Assembly (NCBI GenBank): GCA_017635595.1
Contig: JAGBLF010000024.1
Span: forward strand, 4,441 to 68,440
Direction: 5' to 3'
Length of the DNA: 64,000 bases
From: Alphaproteobacteria bacterium
GTDB taxonomy: Bacteria > Pseudomonadota > Alphaproteobacteria > RF32 > CAG-239
Notes under the pieces: generated by a model
Told to the model about the DNA's origin: nothing
What the model saw: the letters and a program-made list of their open reading frames with translations, nothing else
Database searches by the model: none
Translations under genes and position numbers: made by a program
Shown: piece after piece, positions 1 to 10,683 of the stretch
Layout of the letters: the number at the start of each line of letters is the position of its first letter
Position numbering within the stretch: position 1 is the first letter of the stretch

Positions 1-289
1 TGACGAAGAAGGATTGATTGATAATCATCGGCTGTTCTTTGCAACCGATGAGAATGAAATCAAACAGCTTTTGCAAAAACATCGGATTAATTATGTTTAC
101 CTGCCTAAAACAGAGTTTAATAACGGTAAAGTATCATATAGAAGCGACTATTATATTGAGCCTGAAAAAAATATTGATAAATTTTACGGTAAAATCATGA
201 CCGGAAAAAAGATATATGATTGGTTAGAAGTCGTACCGTCTGATTTAAGAAACGGTACGGTTTACAAAGTAAAAATGGAGTTATTTTAA
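1..289 (+). CDS. C-terminal fragment of a GT-C/STT3-like membrane glycosyltransferase (tandem paralog of 305..2071), truncated by the window edge
   Basis: Translation is highly similar to the last ~90 aa of the next ORF (IDNHxLFFxxDExEIK...DYYIEPEKNIDKFYGKIxTGKxIYDWLxVVPSD). Confidence 0.75.
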   Translation, partial: DEEGLIDNHRLFFATDENEIKQLLQKHRINYVYLPKTEFNNGKVSYRSDYYIEPEKNIDKFYGKIMTGKKIYDWLEVVPSDLRNGTVYKVKMELF

Positions 290-304
290 AATACTGGAAA
301 AACT

Positions 305-2071
305 ATGAATACATTTTTTGAAAAAGTCATTAATCATTTATATAAGCACCAGATTTTATGGTCATTTATAGCTGTTTTTGCCATCAGTTTGTTTGACGCT
401 ATTTATTACTTTTCTTCTGAAGGAAAATTGTTTTATTATGATACTGACTGCTACACAAGAGCCTTAAGAATTCTTGACTGGATAAAAGATTTTCAATGGG
501 CTGAAAAAATATTTCCGTACGCTAACGTGCCTGACGGATTTGTTTTGCATTTTACACGAATTAATGATGTGATTTGGGTTTTGCTCAGCTTGCCGTTTAT
601 GTTATTTGAACCATTAAAAGATGCAATTTTCCACGGCGGATTTCTCTTTTCTCCGTTTTTTCTGTTTTTATCTTTAATCGCATTCTTTTGGGGACTGAAA
701 CCGTATATCATTAAGTATGAGAAAACCCCTGTCGCATTTGCATTGGTATTTATAACAACTTTGCTGTTTTGTTATAAACTTGTAAATATTTTTGACTTTT
801 TCCGTCCGGACCATCACGCTGCCATGTTCTGTATTTTCTGTTTCGAACTTGCCGTTTTGTTACGTTATCTTGCCAATCCTAAAGAGAACCATTGGATTGC
901 GGCCGGTTGCGTCAGCGGTTTAGGTTTGTGGTGTTCGACAGCTATTGAAGGGATGCTGATTACCGGAATTGTACTGACCGTTTTATATATTAATTGGCTT
1001 TACGGTATTATCAAAAGCCAACAGTTATTATTTTTTAATTTGGGTTTATTTATTTGTGTCACTCTTGCTTGGCTGATTAACCCTCCGTACGGCGGCTACC
1101 AGATATCAGATGTTAATCGTTTATCCGTTATTCATGTTACTTTATCGGCTTTAATATTTTTATCGACCTTGTGTTTGCTGAAAGCCGATAAATTTTCAAT
1201 TATCGTTAAACTGGTTTGTCTTAGCGGATGTGCCAGCATCATACTCTTATTGACATTTATCTTATTTGGTGCCAATACCTTGCTGACACCTGTCTTTTCC
1301 AAAGAATTACAACAGATCGTCTCGCCTTATATCGCTGAAATGCAGCCTGTTTATAAAACAGCCTTGGCATACTGTTATATAATAAACCTGATTTTGGGAA
1401 CGGGACTGGTTTGCTATCTGTTGTATCAAAACAAATCACGAAAAATATATGCTCTCAACATGATATTACTCACTGTTCTGACCATACCGTTGGGAATTGC
1501 CGCTGTTCGCTTTTATCCTTATTACCTAGCTGTCTTTTTGTATTTGAACGGTTTTATTATTATTTCTTGGATGTTTTTAAGTACTGATAAAAAATACGCT
1601 TATGCAATTTTTATCTATCTGACGACAAATATCTTTTTATTAACCAGCTTTCAGTCGGTTGCCCATTCTCAAACGATTCCGCCTATATCGGAAAAAATTG
1701 AAAATCTGGCAACTGATTACAATATTTCTCCGCAATTTTGTTGGGATTTAGGTATTAAAACGTTAGCTTCACCATATCACTATAATGTGCGCGGACTTAT
1801 TGATAATCATAAATTATTTTTCTCGTCCGATGAAGATGAAATTAAAGAGATTTTACAACAACATCAGATTAAGTATATTTATTTACCCCAAACAGATTTT
1901 AATGATACCGGCAAATCTTTCAGAAATGACTATTATATTGAACCGGAAAAGAATATTGATAAATTTTACGGCAAAATCATAACCGGAAAAGATATATACG
2001 ACTGGTTAGATGTCGTTCCGTCGGATTTTAAAAACGGGACTGTTTATAAAGTAAGATACGATTTATTTTAG
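305..2071 (+). CDS. Multi-pass membrane GT-C fold (STT3/AglB-like) glycosyltransferase
   Basis: Many TM segments; DTDCYTRALR near the N-terminus, RPDHH, IAEMQP (TIxE/SVSE-like) and a soluble C-terminal domain with SPYHxN. Confidence 0.6.
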   Translation: MNTFFEKVINHLYKHQILWSFIAVFAISLFDAIYYFSSEGKLFYYDTDCYTRALRILDWIKDFQWAEKIFPYANVPDGFVLHFTRINDVIWVLLSLPFMLFEPLKDAIFHGGFLFSPFFLFLSLIAFFWGLKPYIIKYEKTPVAFALVFITTLLFCYKLVNIFDFFRPDHHAAMFCIFCFELAVLLRYLANPKENHWIAAGCVSGLGLWCSTAIEGMLITGIVLTVLYINWLYGIIKSQQLLFFNLGLFICVTLAWLINPPYGGYQISDVNRLSVIHVTLSALIFLSTLCLLKADKFSIIVKLVCLSGCASIILLLTFILFGANTLLTPVFSKELQQIVSPYIAEMQPVYKTALAYCYIINLILGTGLVCYLLYQNKSRKIYALNMILLTVLTIPLGIAAVRFYPYYLAVFLYLNGFIIISWMFLSTDKKYAYAIFIYLTTNIFLLTSFQSVAHSQTIPPISEKIENLATDYNISPQFCWDLGIKTLASPYHYNVRGLIDNHKLFFSSDEDEIKEILQQHQIKYIYLPQTDFNDTGKSFRNDYYIEPEKNIDKFYGKIITGKDIYDWLDVVPSDFKNGTVYKVRYDLF

Positions 2072-2077
2072 GAGATA

Positions 2078-3712
2078 TCAGCGCGAACCGCCGCGTTCAT
2101 ATCCTTGATTAGATAACGAATTTTGTTGGCGTTGCTCGTTTTGGCGCTGCTCGTTCTGGCGTTGTTCATTATAGCGTTGCTCGTTTTGGCGCTGCTCGTT
2201 TTGACGTTGCTCACTCTGACGTTGATCGTTTTGAATAACCAAACGCAATCTGTCATCTTCGTTATTGCGCGCCTGACGGTTCGCATCTTCCTGCTGACGC
2301 TGACGATTGGTATTTTCTTCTTGTTGACGGGCATTATTACGCTGAATATCATCACTGTAAATGCGCATTTTCAAGGTATCTTCCGCCTGCTGATTAATAC
2401 GCTTTTGGTTTTCGGCATACACCTGTTTTTCCGGAACTTTCGGATAAATGTTACGGAAATTATGATGCCATTGGAAATAGACCAAAAATACAGACGGAAA
2501 CGCCGCCAACAGCTCTTGAGCCATCGTGCGCGGACGAGTAATTTCGTAAGCCTGACGAGCCATAAATTTGCGCGTTTCTTCAATAAAACGTTCCATCTTC
2601 TTTTTCTTTTTATCCGGCCGCCCCAAACGATATTCGCACATTTGAATTAATTGATTTAAAATCGGATCGCTGTTATCCATCACCAGGCGGCGTAATATTT
2701 TAAGCATTTTCTGCATATTGGCACTTTTATTCCAAAAAGCCTGAATGGCTCGAGCATCAATACCGTCAAAACCGAACGTTGCGCGCATATTACCGATACC
2801 GCCGGCATTTTTTAAAACATCCACCGAAAAATCGTACAATGCATTCCAATCTATGGATAAATCTTGTCGGACAATACCGCGAACGGCGCCGTTTTTAAGT
2901 TGTTTTAAGGCATAACGAACGGCCGCATAATCAACACCTTGGATTTTTTCACCTTCAAGCAATATTTCAACCGGCTCGGAAGCACTGTCCAAAATAAATG
3001 TTTCCATTTCGGTTGTTTCTTGTGTCAGCCATGCTTTGGCGTACAGATATGCATAGGCAAATACACTGGAATGAACGGCACGCATAATCGATACATTTTC
3101 AAATGTCAATTTATATTTATCGCGGAATTGTACCAATTTTTTCAGGCGTTCTTCTCCGCTGTAATTTTCTCGGATTTGTTGATATTGATATCCGAATCGG
3201 CGCGTTAAAATTGGGTACAGCTTTTTTAAATGCATCGCCATGCACCATTCACGAACAATCGAATAAATTGATGTTATCGGATTACGTGTATAGCCGTTAA
3301 TAACGATGGCAGCCACCGCATCCAAACCTATAAAATAAGGGTCCATATGTGAACAGTACGCATTCTTTTTGAACTCACTTTCAGCATTAATGACATAACG
3401 TTCAATAACCTCATCATCCATACCGAGCGAGCCGAAATCATCTTCCAATTCTGAAACTAAGCGATTAAAATCGAACTTTGGAACAACATCATCGCCATCC
3501 TCGATATATCCGTCGACATATTCATCATAGTACAAGCTGTAAAAACCGTACTCGGCATCATCATAGCTTTTTTTAAATGATTCCAAATCATCTTCAAGAA
3601 AGTCTTTAACCTGTTGGGCATAGCAAGGTTCATACACTTGTGTTTCAAGATAGTGTATGGCATCTTCTTCAAGTTCTTGTTTCGTATATGTTAAATCAGA
3701 AAAACGAATCAT
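2078..3712 (-). CDS. Hypothetical protein with C-terminal QRQNE repeats and an Arg-rich tail
   Basis: 544-aa ORF, acidic N-terminus, Q/R/N/E low-complexity C-terminus. Confidence 0.7.
   Translation of the reverse strand: MIRFSDLTYTKQELEEDAIHYLETQVYEPCYAQQVKDFLEDDLESFKKSYDDAEYGFYSLYYDEYVDGYIEDGDDVVPKFDFNRLVSELEDDFGSLGMDDEVIERYVINAESEFKKNAYCSHMDPYFIGLDAVAAIVINGYTRNPITSIYSIVREWCMAMHLKKLYPILTRRFGYQYQQIRENYSGEERLKKLVQFRDKYKLTFENVSIMRAVHSSVFAYAYLYAKAWLTQETTEMETFILDSASEPVEILLEGEKIQGVDYAAVRYALKQLKNGAVRGIVRQDLSIDWNALYDFSVDVLKNAGGIGNMRATFGFDGIDARAIQAFWNKSANMQKMLKILRRLVMDNSDPILNQLIQMCEYRLGRPDKKKKKMERFIEETRKFMARQAYEITRPRTMAQELLAAFPSVFLVYFQWHHNFRNIYPKVPEKQVYAENQKRINQQAEDTLKMRIYSDDIQRNNARQQEENTNRQRQQEDANRQARNNEDDRLRLVIQNDQRQSEQRQNEQRQNEQRYNEQRQNEQRQNEQRQQNSLSNQGYERGGSR
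2126..2230 (-). repeat. 15-bp tandem repeat encoding (E)QRQN(E) pentapeptides
   Basis: About 7 degenerate units of ttggcg(c/t)tgctcgtt on the + strand. Confidence 0.85.
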
Positions 3713-3770
3713 AACTTCGAACCTTTTTATTTAACATAGTACTTAAATAAGCGGTCTGTCAATAATGATT

Positions 3771-5591
3771 TTAGCGGCGTTCAAAAAGTTTTTCGATATC
3801 GGCCAGTTTAATTTTAACATATGTCGGGCGGCCGTGATTGCATTGTCCGGAATGTTCGGTTTTTTCCATATCGCGCAGCAAGCGGTTCATTTCTTCTATA
3901 TTAAGGGTGCGGCCGGCTCGTACTGAACCATGGCAGGCAATAGTCGCACAAATATGATGAATTTTATCGGTTAAGGCATAAGCATTGCCCCACTCGGCAA
4001 TTTCGGCTGACAAATCTTTAATCAGTTTTTTAACGTCGGTATCGCCGAGCAACGCCGGAATTTCGCGCACTAAAACTGCCGTATTGCCGAATTCTTCGAC
4101 AACCAAACCGAGTTGTGACAACGTGTCGGCATATTCAAGCAGCCCTACTTTTTCGGCTGCCGGCAAATCAATAACCTCCGGCAACAGCAAAAGTTGCGAC
4201 GACATACGCTTATGCTCGGCCATACTTTGCTTAAGCTTTTCCATCGTAATCCGTTCATGAGCAGCATGTTGGTCGATTATAACAATACTGTCTTCAGTTT
4301 GCGAAATAATATAAGTGTTATGAAATTGCGCTTTTGCCAAACCCAATTCTCCGACCTCGTTAACGGTTTCAACCGAAGGTTCATCGGCAACGCGTACGGA
4401 ATATTGATTATCCAATGCCGGAATATTTGCCGTATATCCGCCTTTAGCGCCACCGCGCGACAGCGGCATTTGAAAACGAGGCATTTCTCGTCGAGATGCA
4501 TTAACCTCCAAATATCCACTCGCAGACGTATAATCTGCACGCATATTTTCTTGCAGCAAGTGTTCCAAACCACCCGTATCGGCACTGTGCTGACTACCGA
4601 AATCCAAAGCACGACGAATAGCGCCGACAATCAAACTGCGGATTGCTCCGTTATCATAAAAACGCACTTCGGCTTTTGCCGGATGAACATTCACATCAAC
4701 ATAGCGCGGATTAACATTGATAAACACGGCACAAGCCGGATAGCGACCGGACATCATCATATCCTGATACGCTCCTTTAATGGCACCTAAAATAAGTTTA
4801 TCGCGTACCGGACGATTATTTACAAACAAGAATTCCGATAATGAATTGGCTTTATTATATGTCGGCAAGCTGACGGTACCGGTAACATTGCAAAATTCGT
4901 TCTCGGCCGATATCGGCATACTGTTTTCTTCAAATTCTTTGCCCAAAACATCAGATATACGACGTTGACGGCTGTCAAAAAGTTCGCCCTGACAGGCATC
5001 TAAGCTGATTTTCTTTTTACCGTCACTGTATAAATAAAAAGATACGGCCGGATTTGCCAAAGCAATTCGCTGCAACATTTCCATACATTGTGCGGCTTCG
5101 GATGCTTCGGTTTTCAAAAACTTCAAGCGTGCCGGTGTCGTAAAAAACAAATCACGCACCTCAATACGCGTACCGGCATTACCGGCTGCCGGCCGAGCAT
5201 CTTCTTTTTGCCCGCCCGTAACATTGATTTGCCAAGCGGTCTCATCATCTTTCCGACGTGATGTAATCGTCAGTTTGGCAACCGAGGCAATTGAAGGCAA
5301 TGCCTCACCGCGGAATCCCAAAAAATTGATGGCAAACAAGTCATCGGTCGGCAATTTTGAAGTTGCATGACGTTCAACCGCTAAAGCTAACTCATCCCTA
5401 CCCATACCGCAACCGTTATCCGTCACCGTAATCAGATTTTTACCGCCGCCGGCTAAAGTTACTTCGATTTTGGAGGCACCGGCATCTATCGCGTTTTCCA
5501 CCAACTCTTTGATAACCGAAGCCGGCCGCTCGATAACCTCGCCGGCAGCAATTTGGTTAACCAGATTTGAAGGTAAAACGCGAATAGACAT
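3771..5591 (-). CDS. mutL: DNA mismatch repair endonuclease MutL
   Basis: NQIAAGEVIERPASVIKELVENAIDAG, GFRGEAL, DQHAAHER, CHGSVRAG, CNHGRP motifs. Confidence 0.98.
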   Translation of the reverse strand: MSIRVLPSNLVNQIAAGEVIERPASVIKELVENAIDAGASKIEVTLAGGGKNLITVTDNGCGMGRDELALAVERHATSKLPTDDLFAINFLGFRGEALPSIASVAKLTITSRRKDDETAWQINVTGGQKEDARPAAGNAGTRIEVRDLFFTTPARLKFLKTEASEAAQCMEMLQRIALANPAVSFYLYSDGKKKISLDACQGELFDSRQRRISDVLGKEFEENSMPISAENEFCNVTGTVSLPTYNKANSLSEFLFVNNRPVRDKLILGAIKGAYQDMMMSGRYPACAVFINVNPRYVDVNVHPAKAEVRFYDNGAIRSLIVGAIRRALDFGSQHSADTGGLEHLLQENMRADYTSASGYLEVNASRREMPRFQMPLSRGGAKGGYTANIPALDNQYSVRVADEPSVETVNEVGELGLAKAQFHNTYIISQTEDSIVIIDQHAAHERITMEKLKQSMAEHKRMSSQLLLLPEVIDLPAAEKVGLLEYADTLSQLGLVVEEFGNTAVLVREIPALLGDTDVKKLIKDLSAEIAEWGNAYALTDKIHHICATIACHGSVRAGRTLNIEEMNRLLRDMEKTEHSGQCNHGRPTYVKIKLADIEKLFERR

Positions 5592-5596
5592 TTTTC

Positions 5597-7237
5597 TTAC
5601 TTTCGGATACGTTTAATATGGTTAATCAATCCGGTTGTCGAACTGTCATGTTCGACGCCGAATGCTGTTCCTTCCAATTCCGGCAGAATGTTCAGAGCCA
5701 ATTTTTTGCCGAGCTCAACACCGAATTGATCAAACGAGTTGATATTCCAGATAACACCCTGCGTATAAACTTTATGCTCATACATTGCTACCAACATACC
5801 TAAAGTATACGGGTCTAATTTGCGCAAAACAATGGTTGTGGACGGGCGATTACCGCTGAAGCTCTTAAATTTTTTCAATCTATTGATTTCGGCTTCGGAT
5901 TTACCGGCTTTTTGCATTTCCAAAGCGGCTTCTTCCTCGGTTTTACCCTGCATCAAAGCCTCGCCCTGCGCCAAAACATTAGCTACCAGAATTTGATGAT
6001 GGTTACCGATTTCATTGTGTGAAATCGCCGGAATAATAAAGTCAATCGGTACAATTTCCGAGCCCTGATGCAACAATTGGAAGAACGAGTGCTGAACATT
6101 AGTGCCGGCGCCGCCGAACAAAACCGGTCCGGTTGCATAATCAACGTATTTGCCGTCTAAGGTAACGGTTTTGCCGTTGCTTTCCATGTCGAGTTGTTGC
6201 AAGTAGGCCGGCAGATATTGCAGGTATTGGTCATACGGAATAACACCGTAGCGATGAATATCGTAAAAATTATTGTACCAGATTCCGATTAGTGCCAAAA
6301 TCACCGGAATATTATGTTCCAAATCGGCTGTGGCAAAATGTCTGTCCATAGCGTTGGCACCTTCGAGCATACGCTCAAAATTTTTGTAACCGACGGCAAT
6401 GGCAATAATCAAACCGATAGCCGACCACATTGAATAGCGGCCACCGACAAAATCCCAAAATTGGAACATATTTTCCGGATTAATTCCGAATTTTTCAACT
6501 TCTTCTTTATTGGTCGATAAAGCAACAAAGTGCTTTGAAACGGCATGTTCGCCCAAAGCATCGACCAGCCATTTACGGCAGGTTTTGGCATTGGTTAAGG
6601 TTTCGATTGTGGTAAATGTTTTGGAAGCAACAATAAACAAAGTCGTTTCCGGATCGATATTATTCAAAACCTCGGCACATGATGTTCCGTCAATATTCGA
6701 AATAAAGTAACACTTTATATCTTTAGCCCAATAAGGACGTAATGCTTCGGTTGCCATAAAAGGTCCCAAATCCGAACCGCCGATGCCGATGTTGACAATG
6801 TTGGTGAGTTTTTTGCCGGTATAACCCAAAAAACGCCCCAAACGAACTTTTTCGGAAAAATCTTTTATTTTTTCGAGAGTTTCATTTATTTGCGGCATAA
6901 CATCACGACCATCCACGTAAATCGGCGTATCTTGACGATTACGCAAAGCTATGTGCAGCACCGCGCGATTTTCGGTTTTATTGATTTTTTTGCCGCTGAA
7001 CATATCCTGTATTTTTTCTTCGACACCGCGTTCACGCGCCAAACCAAACAGCGAAGTCATTACCTCGTCGTCAATACGGTTTTTGGAATAATCCACAAAC
7101 ATATTTTCCAGCTGCAGCGAATATTTTTCGGCGCGGTTGGCATCAGATGCGAACAAGTCACGCATTTGAGTATCTTTAAAGTGCTTATAAACACTCTCTA
7201 ATTGGTTCCAGGCTTTGGTATTTTTCTTACCGAACAT
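5597..7237 (-). CDS. pgi: Glucose-6-phosphate isomerase
   Basis: NIGIGGSDLGP, ASKTFTTIET, DFVGGRYS, QQLDMESNGK, FDQFGVELGK motifs. Confidence 0.98.
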   Translation of the reverse strand: MFGKKNTKAWNQLESVYKHFKDTQMRDLFASDANRAEKYSLQLENMFVDYSKNRIDDEVMTSLFGLARERGVEEKIQDMFSGKKINKTENRAVLHIALRNRQDTPIYVDGRDVMPQINETLEKIKDFSEKVRLGRFLGYTGKKLTNIVNIGIGGSDLGPFMATEALRPYWAKDIKCYFISNIDGTSCAEVLNNIDPETTLFIVASKTFTTIETLTNAKTCRKWLVDALGEHAVSKHFVALSTNKEEVEKFGINPENMFQFWDFVGGRYSMWSAIGLIIAIAVGYKNFERMLEGANAMDRHFATADLEHNIPVILALIGIWYNNFYDIHRYGVIPYDQYLQYLPAYLQQLDMESNGKTVTLDGKYVDYATGPVLFGGAGTNVQHSFFQLLHQGSEIVPIDFIIPAISHNEIGNHHQILVANVLAQGEALMQGKTEEEAALEMQKAGKSEAEINRLKKFKSFSGNRPSTTIVLRKLDPYTLGMLVAMYEHKVYTQGVIWNINSFDQFGVELGKKLALNILPELEGTAFGVEHDSSTTGLINHIKRIRK

Positions 7238-7238
7238 A

Positions 7239-8645
7239 TTATTTTTCCTCCTTTACGCCGATTGTTACAAAATCGGGCTGTGTGCTAAAATATTTTTTTG
7301 CAGCGGCATTTACTTCTTTGAGTGTCACCGACTGAATATAATCATTTCTTTTTTCCAAAAAATCAGCGCCCAATCGATATTTTTGCATAGATAACAGCAT
7401 ATCCGATATCCCGTCGATTGAGGCAAATCGTAAATTAAACGAAGCTAAAAGCGCATCTTTGGCCAACTGCAATTCCTCTTGAGTAACTCCCTGAGAGGCC
7501 ATTTTTTGCCATTCATCCAAAAGCAATTGCTTCGATTGAGCGAAATTTTCAGGTGTCACGGAATAAGAACCGCTCAGCAATGCACTGGCATCACTGATAT
7601 TAAGACCGGTATAAATACCATAAGTCAACCCTTCTTTTTCACGAATGTTTTTATTGAGACGAGAACTTAAACCGGACTCACCGAAAATATAATTGGCTAT
7701 ATAAAGCGGATAGAAATCCAAACTGTTGCGATAGGTTCCTTTGGCTGCAAAACGAACAACGGCTTGCGGCGTTTCACGCTCGATATTAATGCTTTCACCC
7801 GAGCTGATAACCTCTAACGGCAACAATTCTTTCCCTGTTGATTTTTCCGGCAAACTGCCGAATAATTTTTGTAACAAATCCGCGGTTTCGGCGGCGGTCA
7901 CATCGCCGGCCACCCCGATAAGCAAATTATCCTGCGCCAGATGATTGGTCATAAACAGGCGCAAATCATCGGCGGTCAAAGCCGTGATATTTTCTTGTTT
8001 ACCGATACCGGCGCGTGAATACGGATGTCCGCCATAAATAAATTCGGCCAATTTGTCGTTGACGATATATTCCGGACGTTCCTGCGCCAATTGTAAAGCC
8101 ACAACGAGCTGTTGTTTGGTCAGCTCAAGATAATCTTCATCAAAAAGCGGCATCAACAAAGCTTCGCGCAGCAATTTGACGGCCATTTCCGTATTTTGTT
8201 TAGGAAACACGATTTCGCCGGCAAAAGAGTCTTTTGTTGCGCTAAATCCAATTCTTATGCCATATTCTTCGCTTAAATCTTTAAACTTTTGCGGCGCATA
8301 CGATTTTGTGCCGTTGAGCAGCATATCGGACAGGACATTAGTCAAACCCTGCTGATTATCCGCCTCATGTGCCCGACCGGCATTTTTAAACTCAAAACTG
8401 ACAGAAACAATCGGGTTTGAATGTTCTTCCAGCAAATATGCCGACAACTTATCGCTTTGAATTTCTTGTACAACAGAGGCAAATTTTTTATCTTTCAACA
8501 CGGATTGACGCAAGATTTCATCGGAATCTATCCGGTTAAGATATGTCCGAACGACCGAACCGGCGTAACCGCACACCGCTAAAATAAGAGCGGTTACCAA
8601 CAGCTTACCGAAAATGCCGGATTTATTTTTTGAGTATCTGCTCAT
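7239..8645 (-). CDS. M16 (insulinase/pitrilysin) family peptidase, non-catalytic subunit
   Basis: SRLNKNIREKEGLTYGIY motif; lacks HxxEH; paired with the upstream M16. Confidence 0.9.
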   Translation of the reverse strand: MSRYSKNKSGIFGKLLVTALILAVCGYAGSVVRTYLNRIDSDEILRQSVLKDKKFASVVQEIQSDKLSAYLLEEHSNPIVSVSFEFKNAGRAHEADNQQGLTNVLSDMLLNGTKSYAPQKFKDLSEEYGIRIGFSATKDSFAGEIVFPKQNTEMAVKLLREALLMPLFDEDYLELTKQQLVVALQLAQERPEYIVNDKLAEFIYGGHPYSRAGIGKQENITALTADDLRLFMTNHLAQDNLLIGVAGDVTAAETADLLQKLFGSLPEKSTGKELLPLEVISSGESINIERETPQAVVRFAAKGTYRNSLDFYPLYIANYIFGESGLSSRLNKNIREKEGLTYGIYTGLNISDASALLSGSYSVTPENFAQSKQLLLDEWQKMASQGVTQEELQLAKDALLASFNLRFASIDGISDMLLSMQKYRLGADFLEKRNDYIQSVTLKEVNAAAKKYFSTQPDFVTIGVKEEK

Positions 8646-9999
8646 CGGCCTCCTCCGCTGTTATTTCCGGCTCATCTTCCGGTACGATTTCCGGCAGCAA
8701 AACGCCGCGAACGACCGGTGCCTTCTGCACGGCCAGAAAAGCATTTTTCACACTGTCAACCGTCACTTCGTTAATATGACTTTCATAATTTTGAATATCA
8801 TCGAGCGTAAATCCGCTGACCATCATGTTGCCTATCCAGTACGCGGCATCGGCCGGATTATCGTTTACATACACCAAACCGGCCAAAATTTTACGTTTAA
8901 TTTGCGCCAATTTTTCATCATTGAGCTGACTAACGGCAGATTGCCCGACCTCATCGAGTTGTTGCCAAGCGGCTGAGATTTGCTTTCTGCTGTATTTAGC
9001 CGGAATCATCGAAAAAGAAAACACCGAATTACCGCCGGTCGTAAAACGATATCCGGCTGAAACCGAAACAGCCGTTTTTTGCTTGATAACCAATTCTTTA
9101 TATAATGCAGAGGTTTCTCCGCCGCCCAAATATTCAGCCAAAACCAGATAATCATAAATATTGCCCGATAATTTTTTATATGGTGGCAGTAAGGATTGGT
9201 GTACCATTTTAGCGGTCTGAATATCCGGCAATGACATTTCCAGCGTTTCAGTAAAAGTGACGGTATTTTCGGCAATCGGACGGCGTTGAATATCCTTAGC
9301 TTCGATTTCGGCAAAATACTTTTCGACCAAAGGTTTGGCCGTTTTGACATCGATATCGCCTGACAATATAAGAATAGCATTATTCGGCGCATAATAGCGC
9401 TGATAAAAATCGCGCGTATCTTTAAAAGTCAGACTTTCTATTTCTTCAGACAAACCCGTCACCGGATGCCCGTACGGCGAATTACCCCACAGCATTTTAT
9501 TCAATTTTTCCGTAAACGCGGCCGACGGTTTATTTTCGATAACCTGTTTACGTTCTTGCAGCACGATTTTTTGCTCGGCCTTAAAAGCTTCTTCATCAAA
9601 CGAAAGATTATGCATACGATCAGCTTCGAGAGCGAGCAAGACCTCCAGCCGGCTGACATCGGCCATTTGATGATAAGCTGTCATATCATGCCCCGTAAAG
9701 GCGTTAGAATCGGCCCCGTTTTTTTCCATAATGCGATTAAATTCGCCGTCAGGCACTCTTGAAGTCCCTCTGAACATCAAATGTTCGAGCAAATGCGCAC
9801 CGCCTTTATTGGCAAAAGTTTCATCTGTTGCGCCAACCTTATACCACAGCATTTGTTTAACAATCGGCGATTTATGATTTTCGACCACCACGCATTGCAG
9901 ACCGTTAGGCAAGGTAAACGTTTCCGCCTTAAATAATGCAGCTTCGGCAGAAGCACTTAAGCACAGCAACGCAGTAAGGATTTTTAAAAATCTATTCAT
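8623..9999 (-). CDS. M16 family zinc peptidase, catalytic subunit
   Basis: AHLLEHLMFRGT (HxxEH), NAFT, YYAPNNA; signal peptide. Confidence 0.93.
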   Translation of the reverse strand: MNRFLKILTALLCLSASAEAALFKAETFTLPNGLQCVVVENHKSPIVKQMLWYKVGATDETFANKGGAHLLEHLMFRGTSRVPDGEFNRIMEKNGADSNAFTGHDMTAYHQMADVSRLEVLLALEADRMHNLSFDEEAFKAEQKIVLQERKQVIENKPSAAFTEKLNKMLWGNSPYGHPVTGLSEEIESLTFKDTRDFYQRYYAPNNAILILSGDIDVKTAKPLVEKYFAEIEAKDIQRRPIAENTVTFTETLEMSLPDIQTAKMVHQSLLPPYKKLSGNIYDYLVLAEYLGGGETSALYKELVIKQKTAVSVSAGYRFTTGGNSVFSFSMIPAKYSRKQISAAWQQLDEVGQSAVSQLNDEKLAQIKRKILAGLVYVNDNPADAAYWIGNMMVSGFTLDDIQNYESHINEVTVDSVKNAFLAVQKAPVVRGVLLPEIVPEDEPEITAEEADEQILKK

Positions 10000-10213
10000 T
10001 TGCTTCTAAAGTGTAATCCTCAGTTTCATCGGCCGGTTTAGCGTTTTTGTCGGGACGGACACTATATTCCGGCGGCAAAACCAACGGCTGATTGGTTTGA
10101 ACATTGGTTTCATCCGGACCTTCTTTGGTAAAACCCAAAGCTTTTTTGGTCATCCCGCAAGCGCTTACCGACATAACGGCCACAGCGGCCAAAATCAAAT
10201 ACAATTTTTTCAT
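9992..10213 (-). CDS. DUF3035-like lipoprotein
   Basis: Lipobox VSAC; GPDE...PLVLPPEYSVRP; typical position between lspA and the M16 genes. Confidence 0.75.
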   Translation of the reverse strand: MKKLYLILAAVAVMSVSACGMTKKALGFTKEGPDETNVQTNQPLVLPPEYSVRPDKNAKPADETEDYTLEANE

Positions 10214-10683
10214 ATTTCGGATAATCCTTTCTTTTTAGAGCTTTTCATTTCCAAATAAATCAAGAGCAATGCCCCCACACAAATACAGCTGTCGGCAATA
10301 TTAAAAGCCGGCCAGTGATATGTTTCGTAATGGAAGTCCAAAAAATCCATTACCGCGCCGTAACGAACACGGTCAAACACATTTCCGAGTGCACCGCCGA
10401 TGATTAAACCGAGACAAATGTTCTTTTTAGTGCTTTTTTCGCGGTACATCCAATAGAACAGACCGCCGCAAACGGCCAATGCAACAACAATGAGTATGCG
10501 CGCTCCCAAATCGCCATGACCGTTAAACATCGAAAAACTGACCCCCGTATTCCACACTTTAACGACATTAAAAAAGTCATTCACCACGATAGGCTCATCA
10601 ATAACAAGCCGAGTATCCACAAAAAACTTACTCAGTTGATCGCATATAAGGGAAAGTGCCGCTATAAAGAGTCCCAAGAACAC
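10210..10683 (-). CDS. lspA: Lipoprotein signal peptidase II
   Basis: DQLSK, WNTGVSFS, GGALGNVFDR, VMDFLD, WPAFNIADSCI. Confidence 0.97.
   Translation of the reverse strand: MFLGLFIAALSLICDQLSKFFVDTRLVIDEPIVVNDFFNVVKVWNTGVSFSMFNGHGDLGARILIVVALAVCGGLFYWMYREKSTKKNICLGLIIGGALGNVFDRVRYGAVMDFLDFHYETYHWPAFNIADSCICVGALLLIYLEMKSSKKKGLSEI

Noticed and set aside
2123-2650. 175-aa Leu-rich 'membrane protein' on the + strand
   Set aside because: Antisense shadow of the QRQNE repeat in 2078..3712.
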